From: Felis catus | Taxonomy: Eukaryota | Assembly: GCF_018350175.1 (NCBI RefSeq) | Contig: NC_058369.1 | Location: forward strand, 10,294,001-10,358,000 | Direction of reading: 5' to 3' | DNA length: 64,000 nucleotides | Shown here: piece by piece, positions 1-11,618 of the stretch | Layout of the letters: every line of letters starts with the position of its first letter | Numbering within the stretch: position 1 is the stretch's first letter | Made by a program: the position numbers and the translations under genes | The notes under the pieces: model-generated | What the model was told of the DNA's origin: nothing | What the model saw: the letters and a program-made list of their open reading frames with translations, nothing else | Databases searched by the model: none

Positions 1-29
1 GGCTGGGGCTCTCTTTAGTCACTGCCTGA

Positions 30-950
30 TGTATGCGCGGTGCCCGACCCGAGACCTGGCCAGGTTGGCCCTCGATGTGCTTGACATTACTCATTAAGAA
101 AAAAAAAGCAACGAGCGGGACAGCATGTGCGGCGCGAGCCCCCCTTTCGCTTTGTGTACACCCCCGAACAGCAGTGATATCTGGATAGAGGTACGGTGGG
201 CACGCCCCTTCCGTGATCAGCCCTCCCCTGGCTCCCCAGGGATGCCGGGACTGAGCTCAGCTCCGACCGCCTCATTAGCCCCCCGACTGTCACTCTCGCC
301 CCCGGGCTTTTCGCTCACACCGTGACTTCTGCCTGGGATGCCTCCACACTCAGGCAGGCTCACGCGTGTCCTCCGGACTCTTCCGGGCCGAGACCAGGGC
401 TGAGCCCAGACACAGCACGAGAAGCCCGAACCCAACCCCGAGGACCCCGGGATTCGGGGGTTCGCGCCCCGAGCCCGCCGGCCGCGCCTGCGCACTGGGC
501 CTCACCGCGCTCCTTGCGCCCCGGGAAGCCGTAGTCGGGGGGGAAGGTGGGCATCCGCTGGGGGTCGGGTTCCCCCGACGGATCGGTCACATAGCGCCGG
601 GCGAGATGCGCCCCCATGGCTGCAGTAGCCGCAGATTCCTGCAGCCGCCGGGGTCACCTCGCTCCTACCCGGAAGCACTGCCCCTTCGCCAGCCACGGCT
701 TCCGGGTTGTGCAGGCCGCAGCCGGGATCAGGGAGATGAACGACTCCGGAGGACTTCCGTTTTCTCTGGCTCCCCCTGGCGGTCAGGCGGAGACAGCACA
801 GGCGCAGCGCGTCTTTTCTAGGGATCAGGTGGATTCCAGAAGGGGAGCTTCCTGCTTCTGGAAACCAGCGGGGCAGGCGATGAGGGACAGTGGGGCCAGG
901 GGCCAGGGGCCTTTCCCTCCCCTCCCCGGGCGCCTCTGGTCTCCCGGGGC
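30..950. promoter_or_regulatory. CpG island / NDUFB7 promoter with NRF1 and ETS(GABP) motifs
   Basis: High GC and CpG density. GCGCCTGCGCA at 484-494; CCGGAAG/CTTCCG motifs near 669, 699 and 754. Confidence 0.85.
506..617 (-). CDS. NDUFB7: NADH:ubiquinone oxidoreductase subunit B7, coding exon 1 (gene continues left of the window)
   Basis: Translates [37 protein letters not shown], matching the NDUFB7 N-terminus with the myristoylation Gly2. Kozak GCCATGG; 112-nt exon followed by a GTGAG donor (ctcac at 501-505). Confidence 0.96.
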
Positions 951-1397
951 TAGAGCATAAATGAAAGTTATTTTTCATAGTATACAGTGTTTCCCCCCCC
1001 CAAAAACGTTTTTCCTCTAGAACTTTTGACTTTGTCTTAAAAACAAAACGAAACAAAAACAAAACCCTGCACAGTACTGGTAATATAATTAGCAAACATC
1101 AAAAGTTTAAATACAGTTACTCACAATCAATATTTTAATTGATTAAATTGAATTCAAATAATCAGATAAAGTTATTTGTAAATAAAAGTATTTAAAGCTG
1201 ACATTTTAAATAAATCCCATTGGATGCTTTTGTAAAAATAAAATAAGATGCAATTGTAGATGCATTTCTACCCTGGTCATGATCCCAGGGCCGTGGGATA
1301 GAGCCCTGAGACTGGCTCCGCGCGGAGCGTGGAGCCTGCCCAAGATTCTCTTTTTCCCTCCCTCCTCCCCTGACCCTTTCTCTGTCTCTCTCTCTCA

Positions 1398-1437
<40 letters not shown>

Positions 1438-2701
1438 TCTAACTCAGTTGGCTAAGCGTCTAACTCTTGATTTCGGGTCAGGTCACGATCTCACAGTTTG
1501 TGGGTTGGAGCCCCACCTGGGCCTCTGTGCTGTGCCCAAGGGCCTGCCTGGGATTCTCTCTCTCCTTCGCTCTCTCTCTGCCCCTCCCTTGCTGGCTTGC
1601 TTTCTCTCTCAGAATACGTAAATATTTTATTTAAATAAATATTTTACATATTTCTCTCTCAGAATAAATACTTTAACTACACTTTAAACAAAGCAATAGC
1701 TTTATAAAGAAAAAAGATGCAATTCTACCAGTCCTCTAACGGCCACTCTAAAGAATTGGTATTACACTTCACGCTTGTTACATTAGGGCTTGCGTGTATG
1801 AAAACTTAAGAGTACAGAACACAGTTTAATGCCGCCGGATACGCTTTTTGGCTTCAGTGTTCAACTGTACCAAATGCTGTGCAAATTTGTTACTCTCCGG
1901 AACCCCGCACAGGCTCACAAAGAGGAGTCGTTCAATGGGGGCTTGGCAGTGTCTCGTGCACCTGGCAGAAAGGAAGTTAGATCGTGTCATTCCTCGGCTG
2001 CAACCCTCTCCTGGTCCCTCATTTCATACGGAGTAAAAGCTGGACCCAGCCCCAAAGGGTCGGACTCAGGAGGTATGGGGTGGGTTCCCAGAATCTGCAT
2101 TTCTAACAAGTTTCCGGGTGATGGCGATGTTGCTGGTCTGAAAACCACCCTTGGGGGAATTGCTGAGCTGACTTTCACGTGCTGACACGGAGAAGTGGCC
2201 GCAATACGTTATTAGGTGGAGAAAACAGGCTCTCGAGGATGGACCCACGGTGTCTGAGACTTCCTTTCCAGGGCTACTTGGGACCTGACCCAGGAGCATG
2301 ACATAGAGTTGTGATTCTTGTGCTCTTTCGGACTCCAGGGGGCAGCATTCACATTGCGGTCTTTCTGAACGGCGCTCCTGGAATTGTGCAGTGCACCATC
2401 TGCACAGCTGTACCAGGCAGCCCAACCTTGTTCTGGATGTCTCTCCTCCCCTTCCCTTTCTTTGGGCTTCAGCTGCTTACCCAGAGGTGACGGGCTGCGT
2501 AAGCGTCTATGCGGTCAACAGATGAATAACCGGAGGGCGTGGTTTGGAGGAGTCAGTTAGGTGGTCGCATGAAAAGCGCTCACTGCCTGGTATACAGTAG
2601 GCGCCCAGTACTTGCTTGCCACGATTACTCGTGTCCGGGCTGCACCCTAACTGGAAGGCAGGAGGCGGGGAAAAGGAAGCCGCGTTGCAAACGGAGCGGG
2701 G

Positions 2702-2720
2702 CGGCCAGGAGGGGGCGCTC
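2702..2720 (+). promoter_or_regulatory. Candidate CTCF site
   Basis: CGGCCAGGAGGGGGCGCTC, one mismatch to the CCASYAGRKGGCRS core, in a CpG-retaining region. Confidence 0.55.
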
Positions 2721-5700
2721 TCGCGCCCTACCGCCCTCCTCCATAGACGACCCTACAGGAGAAGAGGTACCTTGCCGAGCTTTGCTCCCTCCGCAGGGAG
2801 GGTGAAAGAGTTCCTCCTTGGAGGCGGCGGCTCAGCGGGTGAGACAAGGTCGCGACTCAGCCCGTGAGAAGCCAGCACACTTGCAACTCCAGATTTGTTC
2901 CAGCGGACTTTTTGTATATAAGAGGCCCTCCGACCCCCTCTTTCCTTTGTAGAAGAGCGGGCCTCCCCTTGGTTCTCTGGACTCGCCTGTGGCTTGGCCG
3001 CACCTTGCTCATCCCGGGGTGCGATTCTCTGCTTTCGCCAACACACACTCATTTTGCTGGTCAAATAATTGGCTGTTTCATTTATTTATTTATTTTTCCG
3101 GGTTAACAGAGGGCAACCAGAGAGAAGGCTCCTGGACCAGTCATTTCACTAGAGGCTGAAGGGTGGGGGGAAGGGGCCCATTTTTGTCCCGGGGGCCGTG
3201 GACTCGAATGCCTCAGTGTGGCCTGTGCATCCTCAGAGTTGGGACCTGGGGGAGATGGTGTCAGGGGGACGGTGGTATGACGCAGCCTGCGGCGGGGTGA
3301 GGAAGGGGCCGGGCCTTGGCCAACGGTGCCACGCAATCTTCCTGTTTTTCTCTACTAACCATTTGACAAAGAGACTTTCCGGTGTCCCCTGTCCATCCCC
3401 CCCTCTCCCCCCTCCCCCCCCCCATACGCTGGTTCACTGCTCACAGCCCCCCCACCCCTCCTTCCTGCTTCCCTCGCCACCCTCTCCTGCCTCCTGTGGC
3501 CTGCCCCAGGCAGGTGCTGTCTTAACATTTCGTGAGCAGAACAGTCTCAGAGGCCCAAGTGGGCCCCCGGGGTGGAGAAGGAAATTCTGGGCGGTGTCTA
3601 TGCCTTGCCACGGTCTGCTGGATGGGAGATAGGAAGCTTTGGGTAATTCGGTTCAGGGGGAGGAGGAAAAACAAGGTCGGCGAGGCCTAGAAAGCCCCTG
3701 GGGCGGGCCTTAATCTGCCCACGGGGCAGAAAAGATGGCATCTGTAATCTGGCCCTGGAGCCGCCCAGGGATTGCGGCTGCCTGCGGGGCGGTTGGCTGG
3801 TTGGTGTTGGAGGGATGAGTGAGGGGCTTGGCCTCCTGGGTGGCCTTCGTCAGGGCTGGGCAGGTAGGCCAGTCACTCATTCATTCAACAAACACCCATT
3901 GGACACCTACTGTGTGCCGTGTAGCGGAGCTGAGCTGTTAATGGGGGGCAGACAGGCAACGGACGAGAGAAAGAACTGAGGGATATGGAATGTCAGATGG
4001 TGAGGACTATCACGGAGAATTATAAAGAATGGAGGGTTGGGAGGAGGCTGGTTGTTAAAGAAACGCTCACGGAGAAGGGGGACATTTCCCGTTTTTTTTT
4101 GAACACACCTCAGGGCCTTTGCACAGCCTGGATTCCTCTTCCACCAGATAGCCAGCCATTATCTGTGGCCTTCCTCCACGTCCTCCAGTCTATTCCAGTT
4201 GTCAGGCTTTTCCCCGATCACCTTTTTATTTTATTTATTCTATTTTATTTATTTTTAACATTTTTTTTTAAAGTTTATTTCTGATAGAGAGAGCAAGCGA
4301 GCATGAGCAGGGGAGGAGCAGAGAGAGGGAGACACAGAATCCAAAGCAGGTTCCAGGCTCTGAGCTGTCAGCACAGAGCCCGACGTGGAGCTCGAACCCA
4401 CGAGCTGTGAGATCATGACCTGAGCCGGAGTCGGATGCTCAGGCGCCCCACCTTTTTCTTCTTTTTAAAAATTGAGATATAAATGACACATGACATCATA
4501 TTAGTGTCAGATGCGCAACAAAATGCCTCTACATATGTGTATATGGCAAAGTGATTGCCACAATAAGTCTAGTTCGCATCCACTCAGAGTTACAATTTTT
4601 TTCTTGTGATGAGAACTTTGTGTATTCATTTGAGAGCGAGCGAGTGAGCGAGAGAATTACAAGCAGGCTCCACGCTCCGTGCAGAGCCCAACATGGGGCT
4701 CAGTCTCGTGAGCCCCGAGGCCATGCCCTGAGCCAGTATCAAGAGTTGGATGCTTAACCGATGAGTCACCCAGGCGCCCCAAGAAAGACGGATCTTTATG
4801 AGTTTTCCCTCTTTGGCTTCTTGTGAACAGTGTTAGTGAATGGATGGGTAGGCAACCCTGTAAAGAATGTAGAGAATTGCCTAGAAAGATGTTTCCAAGA
4901 GTGTTACTCGGGGGAAAAAAAAAAAAAAGGACTCTCAGCAACTTTCAAATAGACCCCATCCCCTGCTTCAACATAAGCATCCGTGCCCTGTGTCGCCCCC
5001 TTAGCCCTGCTTTCGCTGCACCCCCCGCATCCTTTCACTTTTCGTCAGTTAAAAATATTTTTAATTTTCAACTTCCTCTTTGACCTGTGGGCGTGATTTA
5101 ATTTCCAAACACTTGCGGGTTTTCCAGATGCCCTTCTGCGAGTTCTAGTTTAATTCGCGTCCGGTCTGAGAACACGCTTTGTGAGATTTCCATTCTGTGA
5201 TCTTCCCTTGTGTTGTGTTGTTGTTGAACAAGGTATCCCAGTACCCTGGAATATAGCGTAACACACAGGGAGTTGTGGGATGAAATGCACAACTGAATCC
5301 CCGATCCCCATTGGGCCTGTCAGAAGACCTTTGCTCAGAGATGTTGTTCTACTCCCCTGGGGTCACGCAGCAAGACTGGGGCAGAGCTGGGGTCAGCCTG
5401 GGCCCGTGGCCTTATGTATGCCCGGTTGATGGGACTGGATTCCTCTACCAGGTCCTGAGCACCCACTGTGTGGCCGGCCCTGAAGGATGGCCTTGGCCGT
5501 GTGGCCATTCCCAGCTCCCAGCGAGACCATCCGGCCTTCGCCGCCCTGATCTTGCCCCAGATCCGCTCACCTCAAGGGGCGCCCTTGGTGGGGCAGAGAT
5601 GCTATCAGTCCTCTGGGCTGGTGCAACCCCACCTTCGTCCCCTCCCTTCCCTCTGACCTCACACATCCTTCTGGAGCCTTGTGGTCCAGGGTGTGCTCAG

Positions 5701-6184
5701 CAGACAGGCTCCTTTTCTCAGACGAGTCTCTATTTCCCCATCTGTAGAATGGGAACGGCCGTACCTACGCCTCAGGCAGGTTGGGGAAGTTTTGCACGTT
5801 ACTTCTTGCAGTGTGATGGGGAAAGCCCAGCCCTTGGGGTGAGCTTTCCCTGGAGAGGGAGGCTGGTCTGCTGCAGCCCCCCCCCCCCCCGCCCCAACTT
5901 CAGCCAGGGCTGAGCACACACCTTCCCCATGTGCTGGCGAAGATTTTCCGCTTGTGGAGACTGTGGGTTGCTTATATTGATCTGTGAGGCAAGCAATTCT
6001 ATTTTAAGTTGATGTTGTTCTGAATGTCTGTTACAGCAACCCAACCTAATATCCTACCCTGTGCACATGCCGGGTGGGATTTCCTTGTTGCTTAAGCCTT
6101 AAGCCAGTTTGCGTTTCAATGCCTTTTACGTTTAGCAGAAAGCCCTTATGAGGGGGGAGAATTGGGGTCTTGCCCCTTGCAGTA

Positions 6185-6880
6185 CAGAGTGGTTTCCTAT
6201 GGTTACCATGGCAAATCCCCCCAAATTTAGTGGCTTCGCACAACAGGAACGGGCTCTTTTACAGTTCTCGAGGTCTGAAGTTCAAATTGTTCGATGGGGG
6301 CTGAACCCAGGTGTCAGCAGAGGATCCCGTGGGAGAATCTGTTTGTTTGGTTTTTAAAAATATTTTTATTTTATTTATTTTTTTAAATGTTTATTTTTGA
6401 GAGAGACAGAGCATGGGCAGGGGAGGGGCAGAGAGAGAGGGAGACGCAGAATCCGAAGCAGGCTCCAGGCTCCGAGCTGTCAGCCCAGAGCGTGACGCGG
6501 GGCTTGAACTCACGGACCGTGAGATCATGACCTGAGCTGAAGTCAGACGCTTAAGAGACTGGGCCACCCAGGCGGCCCCCTTTTTTTTTTTTTTTTTTTG
6601 CCTTTTCAAGCTTCTAGACCTGCATTCCTTGGCTCATGGCCCCTTCCTGCGTCTTCAAAGCCACCAGCATGGTGTGAAACTTCAGAGGAAGGAGAGAGAC
6701 ACTTGAGGCACAGACACACAGGGAGAGGCCGGGTGACCACGGCGGCAGACACTGGGGGGACGCGGCCGCAGTCAGGGAGCACCAGGAGCCCCAGATGCTG
6801 GAAGAGGCCAGAGAGGGTCCCCCCCTAGAGCTTCTGGAAAGAGCATGGCTGTGTCAAAACCTTGAGTTCAGACTTCTTTC
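6185..6880. mobile_element. MLT1-type (ERVL-MaLR) LTR fragments interrupted by a SINE (~6370-6580)
   Basis: MaLR-like motifs (aaatttagtggctt, cttggctcatggccccttcc, gctggaagaggc...cctagagcttc...tcagacttc). Confidence 0.6.
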
Positions 6881-6990
6881 CCGCCAACGCCGAGATAAAA
6901 TAGATGTTTCGTGTATATTCGGGGTGTGCAAACTGATGATCTGATGTACGTGTACATTGTGAAATAGTTACCATAACATATCCATCACCT

Positions 6991-7532
6991 GCCAGACCCA
7001 TTCTATGAAGCCAGCGTTACCTTGGTTCCCAAACCAGACAAAGACCCCACTCAAAAGGAGAATTACGGGCCAATATCCCCGATGAACCTGGATGCAAAAG
7101 TTCTCGACAAGATACTAGCAAACCGAATTCAACAGCACATTGACAGAATTTTTCAACCTGATCAAGTGGGATTCATTCCTGGGCTTCAGGGCTGCTTCGA
7201 GATCTGTGAATCAATCAGTGTGATACACCACATTGATAAAAGAAAGGACAAGAACCAGATGACCCTCTCACTAGATGCAGAAAAAGCATCTGACAAACCA
7301 CGGCATCCTTTCTTGAGAAAAATCCCCAAGAAAGTAGGGATAGAGGGATCTCACCACTCTCACCACCGTTGTTCAACACAGCGTTGGAAGTCCCAGCCTC
7401 AGCAGTCAGACAACACAAAGAAGTAAAAGGCATCCAGATTGCCAAGGAAGGAGTCGAACTTTCACTCTTTGCAGATAACACGATACTCTAGGTGGAAAAC
7501 CTGACAGGCTCCACCAAAAACTGCTGGAGCTG
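6991..7532 (+). mobile_element. Internal LINE-1 ORF2 (reverse transcriptase) fragment, degenerate
   Basis: Translation [38 protein letters not shown]...DQVGFIPG...DAEKA is L1 RT. No 3'UTR or poly(A). Confidence 0.9.
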
Positions 7533-7550
7533 TTACCTTACAGTTACTAG

Positions 7551-7563
7551 TTCCCTTTCTTTC

Positions 7564-7628
<65 letters not shown>

Positions 7629-7973
7629 TTTCTTTCTTTCTTCTTTCTTTCTTTCTTTCTCTTTCCTTTTTTTCTTTCCTCCTTCCTTCCTTTCTTTTTT
7701 TTTCTTTCTTTCTTTTTTTCTTTCTTTCTTTCTTTCTTTCTTTCCTTCTTTCTTTCCTCCTTCCTTCCTCCCTTTCTTTTTTCTTTTTCTTTTTCTTCCT
7801 TCCTTTCTTTTTTCTTTTTTTCTTTTTCTTTTTCTTCCTTCCTTCCTTCCTTTCTTTTTCTTTCTTTCTTCTTTTCTTTCTTTCTCTTTCTTTCTTTCTT
7901 TCTTTCCTCCTTCCTTCCTTTATTTTTTCTTTTTCTTTCTTTCTTTCTTCCTTCCTTTCTTTTTTTCTTTTTC

Positions 7974-8011
<38 letters not shown>

Positions 8012-8529
8012 TTTTTTCTTTTTCTTTCTTTCTTTCCTCCTTCCTTCCTTTCTTTTTTTCTCTTTCTTTCTTTCTTTCTTTCTTTCTTTTTTCTTTTTCT
8101 TTCTTTCTTTCCTCCTTCCTTCCTTCCTTTCTTTTTTCTTTTTCTTTCTTTCTTCTTTTCTTTCTTTCTTTCTTTCTTTTTCTTTCTTTCTCTTTCTTTC
8201 TTTCTTTCTTTCTTCCTTCCTTTTTTCTTTTTCTTTCTTTCTTCTTTTCTTTCTTTCTTTTTCTTTCTCTTTCTTTCTTTCCTCCTTCCTTCCTTTTTCT
8301 TTTTCTTTCTTTCTTCCTTCATTCCTTTCTTTTTTCTTTTTCTCTTTCTTTCTTTCTTTCTTTCTTCCTTTTTTTTTCTTTCTTTCTTTCCTCCTTCCTT
8401 CCTTTCTTTTTTTCTCTTTCTTTCTTTCTTTCTTTCTCTTTCTTTCTTTCCTCCTTCCTTCCTTCCTTCTTTTCTTTTTCTTTTTCTTCCTTCCTTCCTT
8501 TCTTTTTTCTTTTTCTTTCTTTCTTCTTT

Positions 8530-8573
<44 letters not shown>

Positions 8574-8721
8574 TTTCTTTCTTTCTCTTTCTTTCTTTCT
8601 TTCTTTCTTCCTTCCTTTTTTCTTTTTCTTTCTTTCTTTCTTTCCTCCTTCCTTTCTTTTTTTCTTTTTCTCTTTCTTTCTTCCTTTTTTCTTTTTCTTT
8701 CTTTCTTTCCTCCTTCCTTCC

Positions 8722-8769
<48 letters not shown>

Positions 8770-8813
8770 TCCCTTCCTTCCTTCCTTCCTTCCTTCCTTC
8801 CTTCCTTCCTTCC
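7551..8813. repeat. ~1.26-kb complex (TTTC/TTCC)n polypyrimidine microsatellite
   Basis: Almost purely C/T on the + strand; I see only two A residues (~7922, ~8321). It generates the spurious K/E/R and F/L/S ORFs. Confidence 0.97.
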
Positions 8814-9017
8814 AAGAAGATCCAAGATCTACCCTTATAGCAAATTTCAACTACATAGTACAACATCATCAATTATAGTCACATCATTGTACACTGATTC
8901 CCCAGAACTCATTTATCTTACATAACTGAAACTCTGCTCCCCTTAACCAACACCTACCCAATTTTTGCCTCCTCCAGCCCCTGGCAGCCACCTGTCTGCT
9001 TCTATGAGTTCCACTCT
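8814..9017 (-). mobile_element. Old L1 (L1MA-like) 3'UTR fragment; its other part lies at ~6900-6990
   Basis: aagatctaccc..agcaaatttcaa..tatagtcac..ccagaactcatt..taactgaaact..ccagcccctggcagccac is typical antisense L1M 3' end. Confidence 0.7.
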
Positions 9018-11245
9018 ATGGAGGGCAAGGGCAGAAGGCAGGCAGACCAGAAGGAGGCTGTTACTGTAATCCGAGCAGACGGCTTAGACTGGGAGGTCAG
9101 ACCGGCTCAGAGGCTGGTTATATTGTGAAGGGACAGCCACCCAGGATTACTAACAGATTTGCCACATTTCCAAATACCTAGGGTATCTAAGAAACCAGCC
9201 CAAACTTAGTGGCTGAGAGTCACTTCAGTGACAGTCACAGATTCTAGGGGACAGGGCATGGTAGGGACAGCTAGTTTCTGCTCCACAACGTCCAGGGCCT
9301 CAGATAGGAAGATTCAATGGGCTGGAGGTTGAATCTACTCTACAGTGACTCTACTGTCCTGGGGGGCTGGAAACATCAGGAGGTGTCTTCACTTGCATGT
9401 CTGGCACCTGGGCTGGGACAGCTTGAAGTCTGGCCTCAGCTGGGACTGTTGAGCGAACACCTCCATACGGCTTGGGTTTCCTCGCAACATGGCGGCAGGG
9501 AGCACGTGTTCTGACACAGCCAGGTGGAGGCTGCATGGCAGCTGTCAGTCACACCACATTCTGTGGTCAGAAGAGAGTCACTGCCACCGTCCCGGATTCA
9601 AGGGGAGTGTTGGACTCCTTCGCGGACTGGGGAGGTCACGTTGCATGAGCACATGTAGGGAAGACAGATACTGTTGCAGCCATCTTTTGAAAATTCAACT
9701 TTCCAGAGCCATGAAATGAGAGAAGAGAGGGGTCATGGGTGATTCTCAGGCCGTTGGCCCCACAGGCTGATGGCAGGCCTTTGGAGAAACACAAGGCAGG
9801 CTGCCCACTTGGGCAGAGCGCTCCAAATAGCTCCAGCCTGGTTACCCCACTGTCTTCACTTGGCTCTCAGAGAACTCCCACGTCTGTGCTGAACCAAAAG
9901 ATGTGGCCGCTCCTCCTGCAGCCCCTTCCCACAGGTCCCTGGTTTGGGATCGGAGTCAAAACCTCATCCCTTGCTTTACCAATGAGGTGGACAGACTTCT
10001 CTCTTCAACTCTCACTTTTTAAATAACTTCCAGTCCATGTCAAGCTCAGGGTGAGAAACCTTCCTTTGCAAGTTCTGTGCATGCGATGGTGGTGACCAGC
10101 CTTCAGGATGGCCCCCGATGATCCTCACGTCTCGGTGTTCACGCTCTCATGCCGTCTCCTCCCACGACGACTCGGAACCGGTCGGGGTGAAAAAAGATAG
10201 CAGCGGTCACAGCTTGTGACTTGTGCGGCCAAAGCATCCAAGGTGGCATGGCTTCCACCCTGGCCCGTGCCACATTGGGAGGACATTCCATCAGCCCTTT
10301 GGAGAGAGCGCCCCATCTTGGAAGCAGATCTCCCAGTTTCAGCACAGAGACCTTGGCCCCAGGGAGCCTCTTGACGGGATATGCGAGATCCCGGGGAAGA
10401 ACCACCCAGCCAAGCTGCTCTTGAACTCAGCGCCACGGAAACTGCGAGCTAATAAATGCTTGTTGTCGTTTACGAAGCTTTGGGGTAATTTGTGATGCAG
10501 CCAGAGATAACTGAGCCAGGAACGTGGAACATGGAACGTTCGCTGTGGAACATGGGAGTACTTAGCACCTATCACTTTAGCATTTTGTCACAATTGTCAC
10601 TTCCAGGAGGCCTTCCCTCTTTATCTCTCTACACTAGCCTCTATCCTATCCCTCACTCTGTTTTATTGTATTTTATTGTCATTAAAAAAAAAAAGTTTAT
10701 TTAAGTGATCTCTGCTCCCCACGTGGGGCTTGAACTCATGACCCTGAGATCAAAAGCTTCATGCTCTTCTGACTGAGCCAGCCAGGTGCCCCTGTTTTAT
10801 GTCACTTTTTAAATGTTTGTACATTTTTGAGAAAGAGAGCATGAGCGGGGGGCGGGGGCAGAGAGAGAGGGAGACACAGAATCCGAAACAGGCTCCAGGC
10901 TCTGAGCCGTCAGCACAGAGCCCGACGTGGGGCTCGAACCCATGAGCCGTGAGATCATGACCTGAGCTGAAGTCGGACGTTTAACCAACTGAGCCACCCG
11001 GGCGCCCCAGGAGAGGGAGTCCTAAGTCAGCCTCGCGCTCAGCACAGAGCCCGATGCGGGGCTCGAACCCACGAACCGTGAGATCGTGACCTGAGCCGAA
11101 GCCGGACGCTCGACCGACGGAGCCACCCAGGCGCCCCTACGTGATTTTATTTTAATAATACTCGGTGACTATTGGAAATAAAATAAAAAACCGAACCACT
11201 TATTTCTATATTTATTTCCTAGTTCAGTGTCTGTTGTGTCTTGAT

Positions 11246-11362
11246 GGGAAATTCCACGAAGGAAGAAGCTTGTCCGTTTTTTCCACCCAGGGCTTGCTGC
11301 TCAGACGCAGGCGTTGCCACTTCTGTGCGTGAATCCAAACTGGGGCGAAGGATGTGTGCGTC

Positions 11363-11393
<31 letters not shown>

Positions 11394-11512
11394 GTGCGTG
11401 TGTGTGTGTGCACGTGTGTGTGTGGGGGGGTTTGGGTGGTTCCCCTGAAGGTGGATTTGCATGTGCTTGAATTTTAATGAAAAAGGGAACTGAGAGAAAC
11501 CTCAGGCACCTG
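11246..11512 (+). promoter_or_regulatory. CLEC17A proximal promoter: kappaB, (TG)n, octamer, PU.1-like and E-box motifs
   Basis: GGGAAATTCC 11246-11255; ATTTGCAT 11455-11462; AAAAGGGAACTG 11481-11492; CACCTG 11507-11512; all within ~335 nt of the ATG. Confidence 0.6.
11352..11423. repeat. (TG)n/(TGCG) dinucleotide repeat
   Basis: Directly visible. Confidence 0.95.
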
Positions 11513-11578
11513 AGCAGCAGGCGTCAGAGGCAGATACATCCGGGCCTCTCTTCTCAGACTCTCGTGTTAGCCGTGGCC

Positions 11579-11618
11579 ATGCACATGTATACCAACTCTG
11601 GATGCCAGGACCTACCAG
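11579..11618 (+). CDS. CLEC17A: CLEC17A coding exon 1 (MHMYTNSGCQDLP)
   Basis: GCCATG start; donor CAG|GTATG. Confidence 0.85.

Noticed and set aside
366..1095. ORFs overlapping the NDUFB7 CpG island
   Set aside because: GC-rich artefacts with no recognisable homology.
7462..8925. Long ORFs of 441-477 aa (K/E/R-rich and F/L/S-rich)
   Set aside because: Translations of a stop-free microsatellite; no coding signal.
11477..11578. In-frame upstream ATG extending CLEC17A by 34 aa
   Set aside because: Poor Kozak context, overlaps promoter motifs, and homology starts at 11579.
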